Shown here: piece after piece, positions 9,245-17,373 of the stretch
How positions within the stretch are numbered: position 1 is the stretch's first letter
Layout of the letters: the number at the start of each line of letters is the position of its first letter
Source of the DNA: an uncultured Planctomycetia bacterium
GTDB taxonomy: Bacteria > Omnitrophota > Gorgyraeia > 2-01-FULL-45-10
DNA: 64,000 bases
Reading direction: 5' to 3'
Assembly (NCBI GenBank): GCA_964450115.1
Contig: CAYVCD010000001.1
Coordinates: 8,410-72,409 of the forward strand
Program-made: the position numbers and the translations under genes
Notes under the pieces: model-generated
The model's input: only the letters and a program-made list of their open reading frames with translations
The model's database searches: none
Told to the model about the DNA's origin: nothing

Positions 9245-9578
9245 GGCAGGCGAGACCTTGCGGGGTAGCAGCCGAAGCGGCGTTACAAATTTCACTTCGC
9301 TCTACGTGAGAAATCCCTGAGCTCCGTGGAATTTCCTACTTGTAAGCGAGGGAAATTTTGATACCTTATGGCAATATAGAAAGGCCGGACAAACTGCTCA
9401 AGCTATGTATGGTTGGCAGGTTGGACGGCCATCAAAATTTGTCCGAGCAAATTTACTTGCCTAATGTAAATTTCACTTCGCTCTCCATGAGGAATCCCCG
9501 AGCTTCGTGGAATTTCCTACTTGCAAGCGAGGGAAATTTGCGTCCGCTGAGGCGCTACCCCGCAAGGTCCACGCCTGC
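9245..9578. repeat. 335-bp TIR-flanked structured repeat element, copy B
   Basis: Near-identical to 5108–5442 (same TIRs, same two hairpin units). The ORF-track peptides from 5221 and 9358 are almost identical for this reason. Confidence 0.7.
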
Positions 9579-9646
9579 CTGTAGTAGAACGCCAGGTATT
9601 TCAGTGAAAGATTTGACTTGGATGAGAGTGTATGCTATACTTATTA

Positions 9647-9670
9647 TACTTTAAGTAATTACTATAACTA
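9647..9670 (+). promoter_or_regulatory. conserved operator-like motif TACTTTAAGTAATTACTATAACTA (10-bp perfect palindrome AGTAATTACT) upstream of merR-like gene 1
   Basis: 21 of the 24 nt are identical to 11644–11667, upstream of the paralogous regulator. Confidence 0.45.
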
Positions 9671-9677
9671 CTACTAT

Positions 9678-9899
9678 ATGGCCAAGATCTCCGCACAGGA
9701 CGTCGTAAAGAAGTTCGGCATCAAGTACCATACCCTCAATTTCTATACCACCATAGGCTTACTGCCCCTTTCGGGAAAGAACGGCAACCAGAGAATGTTC
9801 GATGAGGACGAGATCAGGTCGAGGCTGGCCCGGATCACACGCCTTTCGCAGGAAGGCTACCCCTTGAACCTGATACGCAAGAAACTGGTGGGCGTATGA
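9678..9899 (+). CDS. short MerR-family HTH protein (BldC-like, no effector domain), paralogue 1
   Basis: 73 aa. MAKISAQDVVKKFGIKYHTLNFYTTIGLLP… matches the MerR N-terminal HTH. ATGA overlap with the downstream secretin gene. Confidence 0.6.
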   Translation: MAKISAQDVVKKFGIKYHTLNFYTTIGLLPLSGKNGNQRMFDEDEIRSRLARITRLSQEGYPLNLIRKKLVGV

Positions 9900-11632
9900 C
9901 ATTCAAACGCTCTTATCCTATTGTAGTCTTCGCTATTCTTACTATGGCGATGGCCTTAACCTGTGCAGAGGGCGAGGAGGCGACAGCTCAAAATCCGACA
10001 CAGCCTGTCCAGGAAGCGACTACCGCGGTAAGGGGTGAGAACGCCATGATATCCCTGGACTTGAAGGGGATAGACATAATAGAGCTCTTAAGGATACTAT
10101 CTCTCAAGACCGGCCTGACCATAGTCCCGACCAAAGGCGTTTCCGGCAGGGTCAACGTGTATCTCAATAATCTCACTTTCGAAGACGCCTTCAACATAAT
10201 ACTCTTAAGCCAGGACTTAGCCGCAGACAAGAAAAGCGGCGTCATAAACGTCATGACATCCGCCGAATATGAGAAGATATACGGCAGGAGGTATGCCGAC
10301 AAGAGGAAAGTCAAGATCCTGACGCTCGCTTACGCCAAGCCCTCCGTAGTATTCAATGCTCTGGGACAGCTGAAGTCCGATATAGGAAAGATCATAGTAG
10401 ATGAAGCGACCGGAACAGTATTTTTGATCGATATCCCAGAAAAACTGAAACTGATGGAAGATACCGTAAAAGACCTTGATCAGCCTCTCGATACCGCGGT
10501 ATTTGAGTTGAAATACGCTAAACCTGCGGACATAAAGGCCCATCTCTCTACGGCCATCACAGCCGGACTTGGGGAAGTATTTGTCGATGAGAAGGCCGGG
10601 AAGGTAGTAGTATCGGATCTTCCGTACAAGATAGATAAGATACGTAAGATGATAAAGTCCTTCGATTCGGCGCCTCTACAGGTATTTATAGAGGCTGAGA
10701 TATTGGAAGTCCTGCTTGATGATAAATTTGAAAGAGGCATAGACTGGGATGCGATGATATCCGGGAAGGCATGGCAGAAGTGGCTAAGGGTAGGCACCAT
10801 AGATCTAAAAGGCTTTTTCCCATCCACTCTGACTATCCCTTCTCAAAAGATTACGGTCGGCACTCTGAAGGAAACAAATTACACCTCCATTATAAGATTC
10901 CTCCAGACATACGGCGATACGAGGACTCTCTCCCGTCCGCGTCTTGCGGTAGTGGATAACCAGGAGGCCAAGATATTGGTAGGGACGAGGCAGGCTTATG
11001 TGAGCCAGACCCTGAGCCAAGGGGGGACGAGCACTACCGTAACATCGGAAAGCATCCAGTTCGTGGACGTAGGCGTTAAATTAAACGTAGCCCCATCCAT
11101 ATCGAGTGACGGATTCATAGTGATGAAGATAAGGCCCGAGGTGAGCGCGGTCGAGACCACGATCACGACATATCTCGGAAGCACCATACCTATAATAAAG
11201 ACCTCTGAAGCCGAAAGCGTCGTTAAGGTCAAGGACGGCACCATGATAATTATAGCGGGTATGATCAAAGAGGAGAACCCGGATGATATCACAGGCTGGC
11301 CATACCTGTCTAAGTTAAAAGGCGCGGGATTTTTATTTGGCAAGAGAACCGTTCAAAAAAGGCGTACCGAGCTCGTGATATTCATTACACCTCATATTAT
11401 TTCGGGCGAAGCGCCTGTGGATGATCACACGATCGAAGACCTGATGCCGGCAGAGATCGTACCGTGGGACGCGAAGAAAGACATAATAGACGATAAGATA
11501 AGGGAAGATATAAATTTTAAGAAAGAACCCAAGGCCAAAAACTATGCTCCAAAAGGTCAGGCGGCTAATTCAGGTCCGGAGAGCGGCCGAGGAGCTGTTA
11601 TGGGGAAGTCGAAAGGGGTTAAGAGTTATTGA
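9896..11632 (+). CDS. secretin (GspD/PilQ family), paralogue 1
   Basis: Signal peptide and N-terminal secretin N domains. Conserved secretin C-domain (…SRPRLAVVDNQEAKILVG…IQFVDVGVKLNVAPSISSDGFIVMKIRPEVS…GWPYLSKL…TELVIFITPHII). Confidence 0.85.
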   Translation: MTFKRSYPIVVFAILTMAMALTCAEGEEATAQNPTQPVQEATTAVRGENAMISLDLKGIDIIELLRILSLKTGLTIVPTKGVSGRVNVYLNNLTFEDAFNIILLSQDLAADKKSGVINVMTSAEYEKIYGRRYADKRKVKILTLAYAKPSVVFNALGQLKSDIGKIIVDEATGTVFLIDIPEKLKLMEDTVKDLDQPLDTAVFELKYAKPADIKAHLSTAITAGLGEVFVDEKAGKVVVSDLPYKIDKIRKMIKSFDSAPLQVFIEAEILEVLLDDKFERGIDWDAMISGKAWQKWLRVGTIDLKGFFPSTLTIPSQKITVGTLKETNYTSIIRFLQTYGDTRTLSRPRLAVVDNQEAKILVGTRQAYVSQTLSQGGTSTTVTSESIQFVDVGVKLNVAPSISSDGFIVMKIRPEVSAVETTITTYLGSTIPIIKTSEAESVVKVKDGTMIIIAGMIKEENPDDITGWPYLSKLKGAGFLFGKRTVQKRRTELVIFITPHIISGEAPVDDHTIEDLMPAEIVPWDAKKDIIDDKIREDINFKKEPKAKNYAPKGQAANSGPESGRGAVMGKSKGVKSY

Positions 11633-11643
11633 TATAATTGCTG

Positions 11644-11667
11644 TACTTTAAGTAATTACTTTAACTA
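11644..11667 (+). promoter_or_regulatory. conserved operator-like motif TACTTTAAGTAATTACTTTAACTA upstream of merR-like gene 2
   Basis: Paralogous to 9647–9670. Followed by a hairpin CCCCGCA…TGCGGGG overlapping the RBS region. Confidence 0.45.
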
Positions 11668-11717
11668 CATAACCCCGCACCTTCTTAATGGAGATGCGGG
11701 GAGGAGAAGGTGCGGTC

Positions 11718-11939
11718 TTGAAGAAGATCTCGGCTCAGGACATAGTGAAGAAGTTCGGCATCAAGTACCACACCCTTAACTATTACACTACGATGGGGCT
11801 ATTGCCCCTTTCGGGTAAGAGCGGCAATAGGCGTATGTATGACGAGAACGAGATACGGACGAGGCTTGACGATATCATGCGCCTTTCGCAGGAAGGTTAC
11901 CCTTTGAACCTTATACGCAAGAAGCTGGTGGGGATATGA
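11718..11939 (+). CDS. short MerR-family HTH protein (BldC-like), paralogue 2
   Basis: TTG start with an AGGAGAAGG RBS gives a 73-aa protein colinear with paralogue 1 (MKKISAQDIVKKFGIKYHTLNYYTTMGLLP…). The longer ATG 11688 start would add an unmatched extension. Confidence 0.55.
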   Translation: MKKISAQDIVKKFGIKYHTLNYYTTMGLLPLSGKSGNRRMYDENEIRTRLDDIMRLSQEGYPLNLIRKKLVGI

Positions 11940-12772
11940 GCTATTTTAAGATATTAGGATTGGACAGGGAGCCTTTTTCCACGAGCCCCGACCCCGCCTT
12001 CTTCTATGAATCGCAGGAGCACCACGCCGCTCTCATGAGGCTCATGATAGAGATACGTTTGAAGAGGGGCTTAAGCCTTATACTCGGAGACGTGGGGACT
12101 GGGAAGACGACGCTTTCGCGCAAACTCTTCCAGATGCTGAAGGAACGCACCGACATAATATTCCATATGGTGATGGACCCTACCTATGATAGCGAGAAGT
12201 TGCTGCTCGAATCTCTTATTCGTACATTCGGCATAGATATGGGCCCGGGGCCCGATCGTTCGATATTGGATTATAAGGAAGAGATAAAGAAGTATCTGTA
12301 CAGAACGGCGGTTGAGGAGAATAAGATAGTGGTCCTCCTGGTGGACGAGGCGCAGAAGCTGAATGCGATGTCGCTGGAGATCTTAAGGGTAATGCTCAAT
12401 TATGAAACCAATGAATTTAAGCTCCTGCAGGTGGTCTTGCTGGGCCAGCTTGAGCTTTTACCGCGCCTAAGAGAGATAAATAATCTATGGGACAGAATAA
12501 GCTTGAAGTACATGTTGAACCCGCTGGATGAAGAAGAGACTAGACAGATGATAGATTTCAGATTAAAGGCGGCGGGCTATAATTCACGTGTGGAATTTTT
12601 CACCGATGAGGCGATAAAAGAGATATATCAATACACCCAGGGGTATCCGAGGCGCATATCTATGCTATGCCATAACGCGCTTAAGGCTCTAGTTATGGTG
12701 AATAAGCCTATAGTGGATGTGAATATAATCCGCGACATAATGAGTAAGGATATATGGCAAAAGACGACATGA
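11936..12772 (+). CDS. ExeA/GspA-like AAA ATPase (secretin-assembly ATPase)
   Basis: N-terminal LGLDREPF motif typical of ExeA. Walker A GDVGTGKT. Walker B VLLVDEAQ. ATGA overlap with the merR-like gene. Confidence 0.7.
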   Translation: MSYFKILGLDREPFSTSPDPAFFYESQEHHAALMRLMIEIRLKRGLSLILGDVGTGKTTLSRKLFQMLKERTDIIFHMVMDPTYDSEKLLLESLIRTFGIDMGPGPDRSILDYKEEIKKYLYRTAVEENKIVVLLVDEAQKLNAMSLEILRVMLNYETNEFKLLQVVLLGQLELLPRLREINNLWDRISLKYMLNPLDEEETRQMIDFRLKAAGYNSRVEFFTDEAIKEIYQYTQGYPRRISMLCHNALKALVMVNKPIVDVNIIRDIMSKDIWQKTT

Positions 12773-13380
12773 CGCCTGAAGAGAGGCTTTTGAAGATAAT
12801 CGAGAATCCGAACACCCCGAAGCGCCAGGAGTCTTTGGCCGCCAAAGTGAGATCGTTCGATCCCGGATCTATAAAGGAATGGTTCTCCGGCATTCGCATG
12901 GATAAGGACCTTCTTAAAAAGATAAACCTAAAGGCGATCAATAAGATAATAGCCGTAATATGCGCCCTCATTACCTTAATATGGATATTCGATTTTGGCA
13001 GGGGTGGCATAGCGCTGGCAAAGCGTTTTAAGAAGATCTCCTCCGGCGAATCTCTCGTTTCGTCGGATGAAGGTAAGTGGCCTAAAATAGACGTTACTAT
13101 AACAGATGCCACAATACAGGCAAGAAAACGGAATATATTTACATTTCTGCCTACAAAAGAAGAGGCAGCTTCTGCGGTAAGCGTGGGGCCGACATTGGGC
13201 AATTTTAAACTTGTCGGTATACTGTGGAGCGATAACCCGCAGGCGATGATAGAAAATTCGCAAGAGCAGAGAACATACTTCGTTTCAAACGGAGATAAGA
13301 TAGGCGAGCTGACTGTAAAAAAGATCCTAAGGGACAAGGTAATGCTTGGTAAAGATGATCAGGAGTGGGAGTTAAGATGA
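12754..13380 (+). CDS. single-pass membrane protein with C-terminal GspB/GspC/PilP-like HR domain
   Basis: One TM (IIAVICALITLIWIF). The C-terminus (FKLVGILWSDNPQAMIENSQEQRTYFVSNGDKIGELTVKKILRDKVML) matches the secretin-interacting HR/PilP pattern. Overlaps both neighbouring genes. Confidence 0.45.
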   Translation: MAKDDMTPEERLLKIIENPNTPKRQESLAAKVRSFDPGSIKEWFSGIRMDKDLLKKINLKAINKIIAVICALITLIWIFDFGRGGIALAKRFKKISSGESLVSSDEGKWPKIDVTITDATIQARKRNIFTFLPTKEEAASAVSVGPTLGNFKLVGILWSDNPQAMIENSQEQRTYFVSNGDKIGELTVKKILRDKVMLGKDDQEWELR

Positions 13381-15104
13381 GGCGAATATTATCGATATTG
13401 ATAATCGTCGTTTTCGTCTCCTCGTTCGTATATTGCGAGGAACCTACGCAAGAGTCCGAGTTGAAGGTTAGCGAAAAAGACTCCATGATATCCCTCGACC
13501 TAAAGGGTATAGATATAGTAGAACTCCTAAGAATACTCTCTCTCAAGACCGGCCTTACCATAGTCCCCACAAAGGGCGTATCTGGCAGGGTCAACATATA
13601 TCTCAACAATCTCTCATTTGAGGACGCCTTTAATATCATTCTCCTGAGCCAGGACCTTGCCGCGGACAGGAAGGGCAGTGTGATAAATGTCATGACATCC
13701 CCAGAATACGAAAAACTATACGGCAGGAAATATACCGACAAAAGAAGGGTCAGGCGCTTAAAGTTAAATTATGCTAAACCCTCTGTAGTATTCAACGCGC
13801 TCGGCCAGCTGAAATCCGATGTCGGCAAGATAATCGTGGATGAGGCGTCCGGGACGATAATACTTATCGATATCCCGGAGAAATTAAAGCTGCTGGAAGA
13901 AGCCGTGAAGAAGCTCGACCAGCCTCTCGATACGGAAACTTTCGAACTAAAATACGCCAAGCCCGCGGATATTAAGGCTCAGCTTTCATCGGCTATTACC
14001 CCGGGGCTCGGCGAGGTCTTTGTAGATGAAAAAACGGGCAAGGTCATAGTCTCGGATATGCCCGACAAGATAGCTAAGATCAGGCGCATGGTGAGAGCTT
14101 TCGACTCCGCGCCTTTACAGGTATTTATAGAGGCCGAGATAGTGGAGCTATTGCTTAATGATGAATTCCAACGCGGTATAGATTGGACCAAGGTCTTTGG
14201 AGAAGAGCAATGGATGAAGTGGTCCAAGCTTTTAGGCCTTTCTTTGGTAGGGGCATTTCCCGCGGTTCCTACTCTTGCGGCAGCTTTCCAGAAAGTCACT
14301 GTTGGAACGCTCGCTGCCAACAAATATACAGCCACATTAAAATTCCTCCAGACATACGGTAAGACGAGGACCCTCTCCCGTCCGCGTCTGGCGGTAGTGG
14401 ATAACCAGGAGGCTAAGATATTGGTAGGTAAGCGCGAAGCCTATGTGAGCCAGACTTTGAGCCAGGCGGGAACGGGTACCACCGTGACATCAGAGAGCAT
14501 ACAGTTCGTGGATGTCGGAGTGAAGCTTAATGTGGTGCCGTCCATCTCAAGCGACGGCTTCATAGTGATGAAGATAAAGCCCGAAGTCAGCTCGGTCGAG
14601 ACCACGATTGTTACATCCCTGGGGAGCCGTATACCTATAATCAAGACTTCGGAAGCCGAAAGTGTCGTTAAGGTCAAAGATGGCACTATGATAATGATAG
14701 CGGGCCTGATGAAAGAGGAGAATATCGACAGCATAACAGGCTGGCCATACTTGTCCAAAATGAAAGTGCTTGACGCTGCATTTGGGAACAGGACGACTAC
14801 AAAAAAGAATACAGAACTTATAATATTTATTACTCCTCGTATCATAACGGGCGAAGCGCCCGTAGAGGATAATGAGCTCGAAACGCTGATGCCGGCAAGC
14901 ATCATACCGAAGGATCTCAAGGAAGATATAATAGACGATAAGATAAAGAAAGATATAAATCTGAAGAAAAGAGAGAAAATGGGGACAGCGCCCCTTTTAG
15001 ACAAAAGCTATTTGAGTGCTAAAAAGGGCGCTGTCCCCATTTCTGAAAAGTCCGGCGTTAGCTTCGCCGACAAGATGAAAGGAATTAAAAAATATGAAAA
15101 ATAA
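13377..15104 (+). CDS. secretin (GspD/PilQ family), paralogue 2
   Basis: About 70% identical in translation to 9896–11632. ATG 13377 with an AGGAGT RBS gives a signal peptide MRRILSILIIVVFVSS. Confidence 0.85.
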   Translation: MRRILSILIIVVFVSSFVYCEEPTQESELKVSEKDSMISLDLKGIDIVELLRILSLKTGLTIVPTKGVSGRVNIYLNNLSFEDAFNIILLSQDLAADRKGSVINVMTSPEYEKLYGRKYTDKRRVRRLKLNYAKPSVVFNALGQLKSDVGKIIVDEASGTIILIDIPEKLKLLEEAVKKLDQPLDTETFELKYAKPADIKAQLSSAITPGLGEVFVDEKTGKVIVSDMPDKIAKIRRMVRAFDSAPLQVFIEAEIVELLLNDEFQRGIDWTKVFGEEQWMKWSKLLGLSLVGAFPAVPTLAAAFQKVTVGTLAANKYTATLKFLQTYGKTRTLSRPRLAVVDNQEAKILVGKREAYVSQTLSQAGTGTTVTSESIQFVDVGVKLNVVPSISSDGFIVMKIKPEVSSVETTIVTSLGSRIPIIKTSEAESVVKVKDGTMIMIAGLMKEENIDSITGWPYLSKMKVLDAAFGNRTTTKKNTELIIFITPRIITGEAPVEDNELETLMPASIIPKDLKEDIIDDKIKKDINLKKREKMGTAPLLDKSYLSAKKGAVPISEKSGVSFADKMKGIKKYEK

Positions 15105-15465
15105 TATGCTTATGGTATCGATCTTAGTCGTCTCTCTGTCGTTTGCGGGATGCGCAAGGGTGCTGCCGAAGCGGATAAGCGTACAGGAGTCGGCCGCGGA
15201 AAAGGGCGCGCTCTATGAAGAGCTGGGGACCGCTTATACGAAGGCCGGCCTCTATGATGAGGCTATAGAAGCCTATAAGAATTCCCTTGTATGTGATCCT
15301 AATAACGCGGATATACATTATTATCTGGGCCTGCTTTACCAGAAGTCGAATAAAGATGTGGAGAAGGCGGTATTCCATTTTAAGAGGTACCTGTACCTGA
15401 AGCCGGACGCCAAGAACAGAGAAGATGTAAGGTACCTGATCGAGATGGTGCTGAATAAAAGATAG
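15094..15465 (+). CDS. TPR-repeat lipoprotein (PilF/PilW/pilotin-like candidate)
   Basis: Lipobox LSFAGC. Two or three TPR motifs (AYTKAGLYDEAIEAYKNSL…IHYYLGLLYQK). Sits directly after a secretin gene. Confidence 0.55.
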   Translation: MKNNMLMVSILVVSLSFAGCARVLPKRISVQESAAEKGALYEELGTAYTKAGLYDEAIEAYKNSLVCDPNNADIHYYLGLLYQKSNKDVEKAVFHFKRYLYLKPDAKNREDVRYLIEMVLNKR

Positions 15466-15476
15466 AGGAGCCAAGA

Positions 15477-16061
15477 ATGGGCAAGAATAAACAGTCGGCG
15501 ATCAATTTACCTATCATCCTTTCAATAGTTTTGGCTGTGATCCTGTCGGTATCTTTATGGCAGAATCACAGGGCAAGGATATACGAGGCTATCCTCGAAA
15601 AGAACATATTCTTGCTGAATGAAAATCTTATGCAATATCAGAGGTCGGATAAAGAGATGGTCTTTGGCGCGGACAACGAAGCGGCATCATACCTTAAGTG
15701 GAAGTTCGTTCTTAAAGAACAGGTGGATCAGACCACCCAGATATTCAGCGACAAAGCGGCTGCGTTAAAGAATGCCGGCAAAGATAAGGTCCTCGCTTCG
15801 CTTTTATACTACAACGCTGGATTGGCCCAGACTGTCAATTCAGACTTCTCATCCGCAATAGCGGCTTTTGAAGAAGCAGTAAGACTCGATCCTAAAAATG
15901 GTTACGGCTATTACAATCTAGGCATGCTCTACTGGGCATACGGTAAGAATAAAGCCAAAGCGCTCCATTGTTATAAAAAATATATGGAGATATTTCCGAG
16001 AGGTATTTATTCTGGCGTAGTCAAGGCCAGGATCGATCAACTAGAGGAGCTTAAACGATGA
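15477..16061 (+). CDS. membrane-anchored TPR-repeat protein
   Basis: N-terminal TM (LPIILSIVLAVILSVSLW). C-terminal TPR (…YYNAGLAQ…AFEEAVRLDPKNGYGYYNLGMLYWAYG…). Confidence 0.5.
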   Translation: MGKNKQSAINLPIILSIVLAVILSVSLWQNHRARIYEAILEKNIFLLNENLMQYQRSDKEMVFGADNEAASYLKWKFVLKEQVDQTTQIFSDKAAALKNAGKDKVLASLLYYNAGLAQTVNSDFSSAIAAFEEAVRLDPKNGYGYYNLGMLYWAYGKNKAKALHCYKKYMEIFPRGIYSGVVKARIDQLEELKR

Positions 16062-16768
16062 AGAATAAAGCATATGTAATAGCCATAGCCGCGCTGGCGG
16101 CGATCTTAGCGCTGGCATCCATCTTTTTCATACTGCACGCGAATAAATTAAAGAGTCAGATCAGCCAGAATAAGAATGCTATCCGGAACATAGAATCTGA
16201 ACTCTCCCGCGCGCGTGAAGAGAAGGAGAACATAACAAAGGCCAATGAGAAGCTCCAGGCCGATAGCGTATCCTATCTTGCTATAAATTCTAAGCTTGGT
16301 GATGAAAAGGAAGAGCTTAAGACCAGGCTTGATAAAGTCCAGAAGACTATAGATACGAAAGAAGCAAACCTTCAGAGGGTTCAGCAGAGGTTGGATGAGA
16401 TAGAAAAAGCTGCGGCCGCAAATAAGAAGGCCGAGGATGAAAAGCTGGCAAAAGATAAGAAGGTGCTGGAAAAGAAAGTTTTAAAGACCGCCTCGGCTAT
16501 AAAGAAAGAGAGGGGCGTTTATCATTACAATCTTGGCGTAGCGTACGCGCAGGCAAAGTTCTACGGCGAAGCGATCGAAGAATATGAAAAATCTATCAAG
16601 TTTGCCCCCGAAAACGCCGATACCTATTATAACCTCGGCGTATTATATGAAACCGTAGAGGCTGATACCGAAAAGGCTATAGCTAATTACAGGAGATACC
16701 TTGAGCTTAATCCAGCGCCAGAAGATATTGATGAGATCCGAGAGCGGATAAAGAGATTGGGCGGCTAG
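16058..16768 (+). CDS. membrane-anchored coiled-coil / TPR protein
   Basis: N-terminal TM, long coiled-coil, C-terminal TPR (YHYNLGVAYAQAKFYGEAIEEYEKSIKFAPENADTYYNLGVLYE). Confidence 0.5.
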   Translation: MKNKAYVIAIAALAAILALASIFFILHANKLKSQISQNKNAIRNIESELSRAREEKENITKANEKLQADSVSYLAINSKLGDEKEELKTRLDKVQKTIDTKEANLQRVQQRLDEIEKAAAANKKAEDEKLAKDKKVLEKKVLKTASAIKKERGVYHYNLGVAYAQAKFYGEAIEEYEKSIKFAPENADTYYNLGVLYETVEADTEKAIANYRRYLELNPAPEDIDEIRERIKRLGG

Positions 16769-16777
16769 AGACTCTAA

Positions 16778-17065
16778 ATGCGAAATAATCTTTCGGTAGT
16801 GATCATCACCATTATAATTCTGCTGATGTCGGCCGGCATATATCTTTCTATAGATAGTTATGGTTTAAAGAGACGCATTGCGGAAAAGGAGAGAGAGTTC
16901 ATCGCCAGAATATCCGAGGAGCGCGATATATTAAAGAAGAGCTTGCAGGAGAGATACGGTGCGAGTATGGCATCTTACGAAGAGATGTATAAAATGATGG
17001 AAGCCCAGAAGAAAAAAGTTCGCGAAATAGAAGATAAGCTCCGAAAGACCGACGGCAATAGTTAG
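16778..17065 (+). CDS. small membrane-anchored coiled-coil protein
   Basis: N-terminal TM plus a coiled-coil. Shares a C-terminal motif (RYGASMASYEEMYKMMEAQKKKVREIEDKLRK) with the C-terminus of the 17374 protein. Confidence 0.4.
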   Translation: MRNNLSVVIITIIILLMSAGIYLSIDSYGLKRRIAEKEREFIARISEERDILKKSLQERYGASMASYEEMYKMMEAQKKKVREIEDKLRKTDGNS

Positions 17066-17092
17066 TCGATAAAAAAGTAAGATGCCGGCCTA

Positions 17093-17120
17093 TTGACTAT
17101 TTTTAAAGGCGTGATATACT
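17093..17120 (+). promoter_or_regulatory. putative sigma70 promoter (TTGACT –16– TATACT)
   Basis: Hexamers at 17093–17098 and 17115–17120. Would start a transcript near 17128. Confidence 0.4.
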
Positions 17121-17127
17121 TATAGTA

Positions 17128-17314
17128 GAAATAAATAGAAGTCGAAAATGGCAAACCTGGGGTGACCCAGGGACGCCCGCCTGCCCGCATGTTTTGAGGC
17201 AGTCGGGACTGTCCGCCAGCAGGCGGGCAGGCAAAGTCGTGCATCCTGATGTAAGGAAAGGCAGACTGCCGATGTGGGAGTAGAACCCAGGTCAGTTTGC
17301 CTGGGATTTTTTTT
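17128..17314 (+). ncRNA. candidate ~185-nt structured small RNA (promoter-to-terminator unit), family unknown; could instead be the hairpin-rich 5' region of the RAYT-like gene
   Basis: Hairpins CCTGGG-GTGA-CCCAGG, a 10-bp stem GCCCGCCTGC…GCAGGCGGGC, and a possible 5'/3' closing stem GGCAAACCTGGG / CCCAGGTCAGTTTGCC. Ends in an intrinsic terminator at 17286–17314. No ORF. Confidence 0.3.
17286..17314 (+). terminator. rho-independent terminator (CCCAGG-tcagtttg-CCTGGG + T8)
   Basis: 6-bp GC stem, 8-nt loop, then ATTTTTTTT. Confidence 0.55.
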
Positions 17315-17373
17315 CGGAATTTTTAAAAGTGCCACGCTGAATTATAGTTTTTGGTAAAAAAAGGAGAAATAAA

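Noticed and set aside
12708-13741. Long minus-strand ORFs (209 aa at 12708–13337 and 178 aa at 13205–13741), and similar ones at 36981–37547, 60417–61046 and 14441–15004
   Set aside because: Each lies entirely antisense to a strongly supported + strand gene (gspB-like or secretin, atpD, trxB). They are low-complexity Ser/Leu-rich translations with no motifs, as expected for shadow ORFs.
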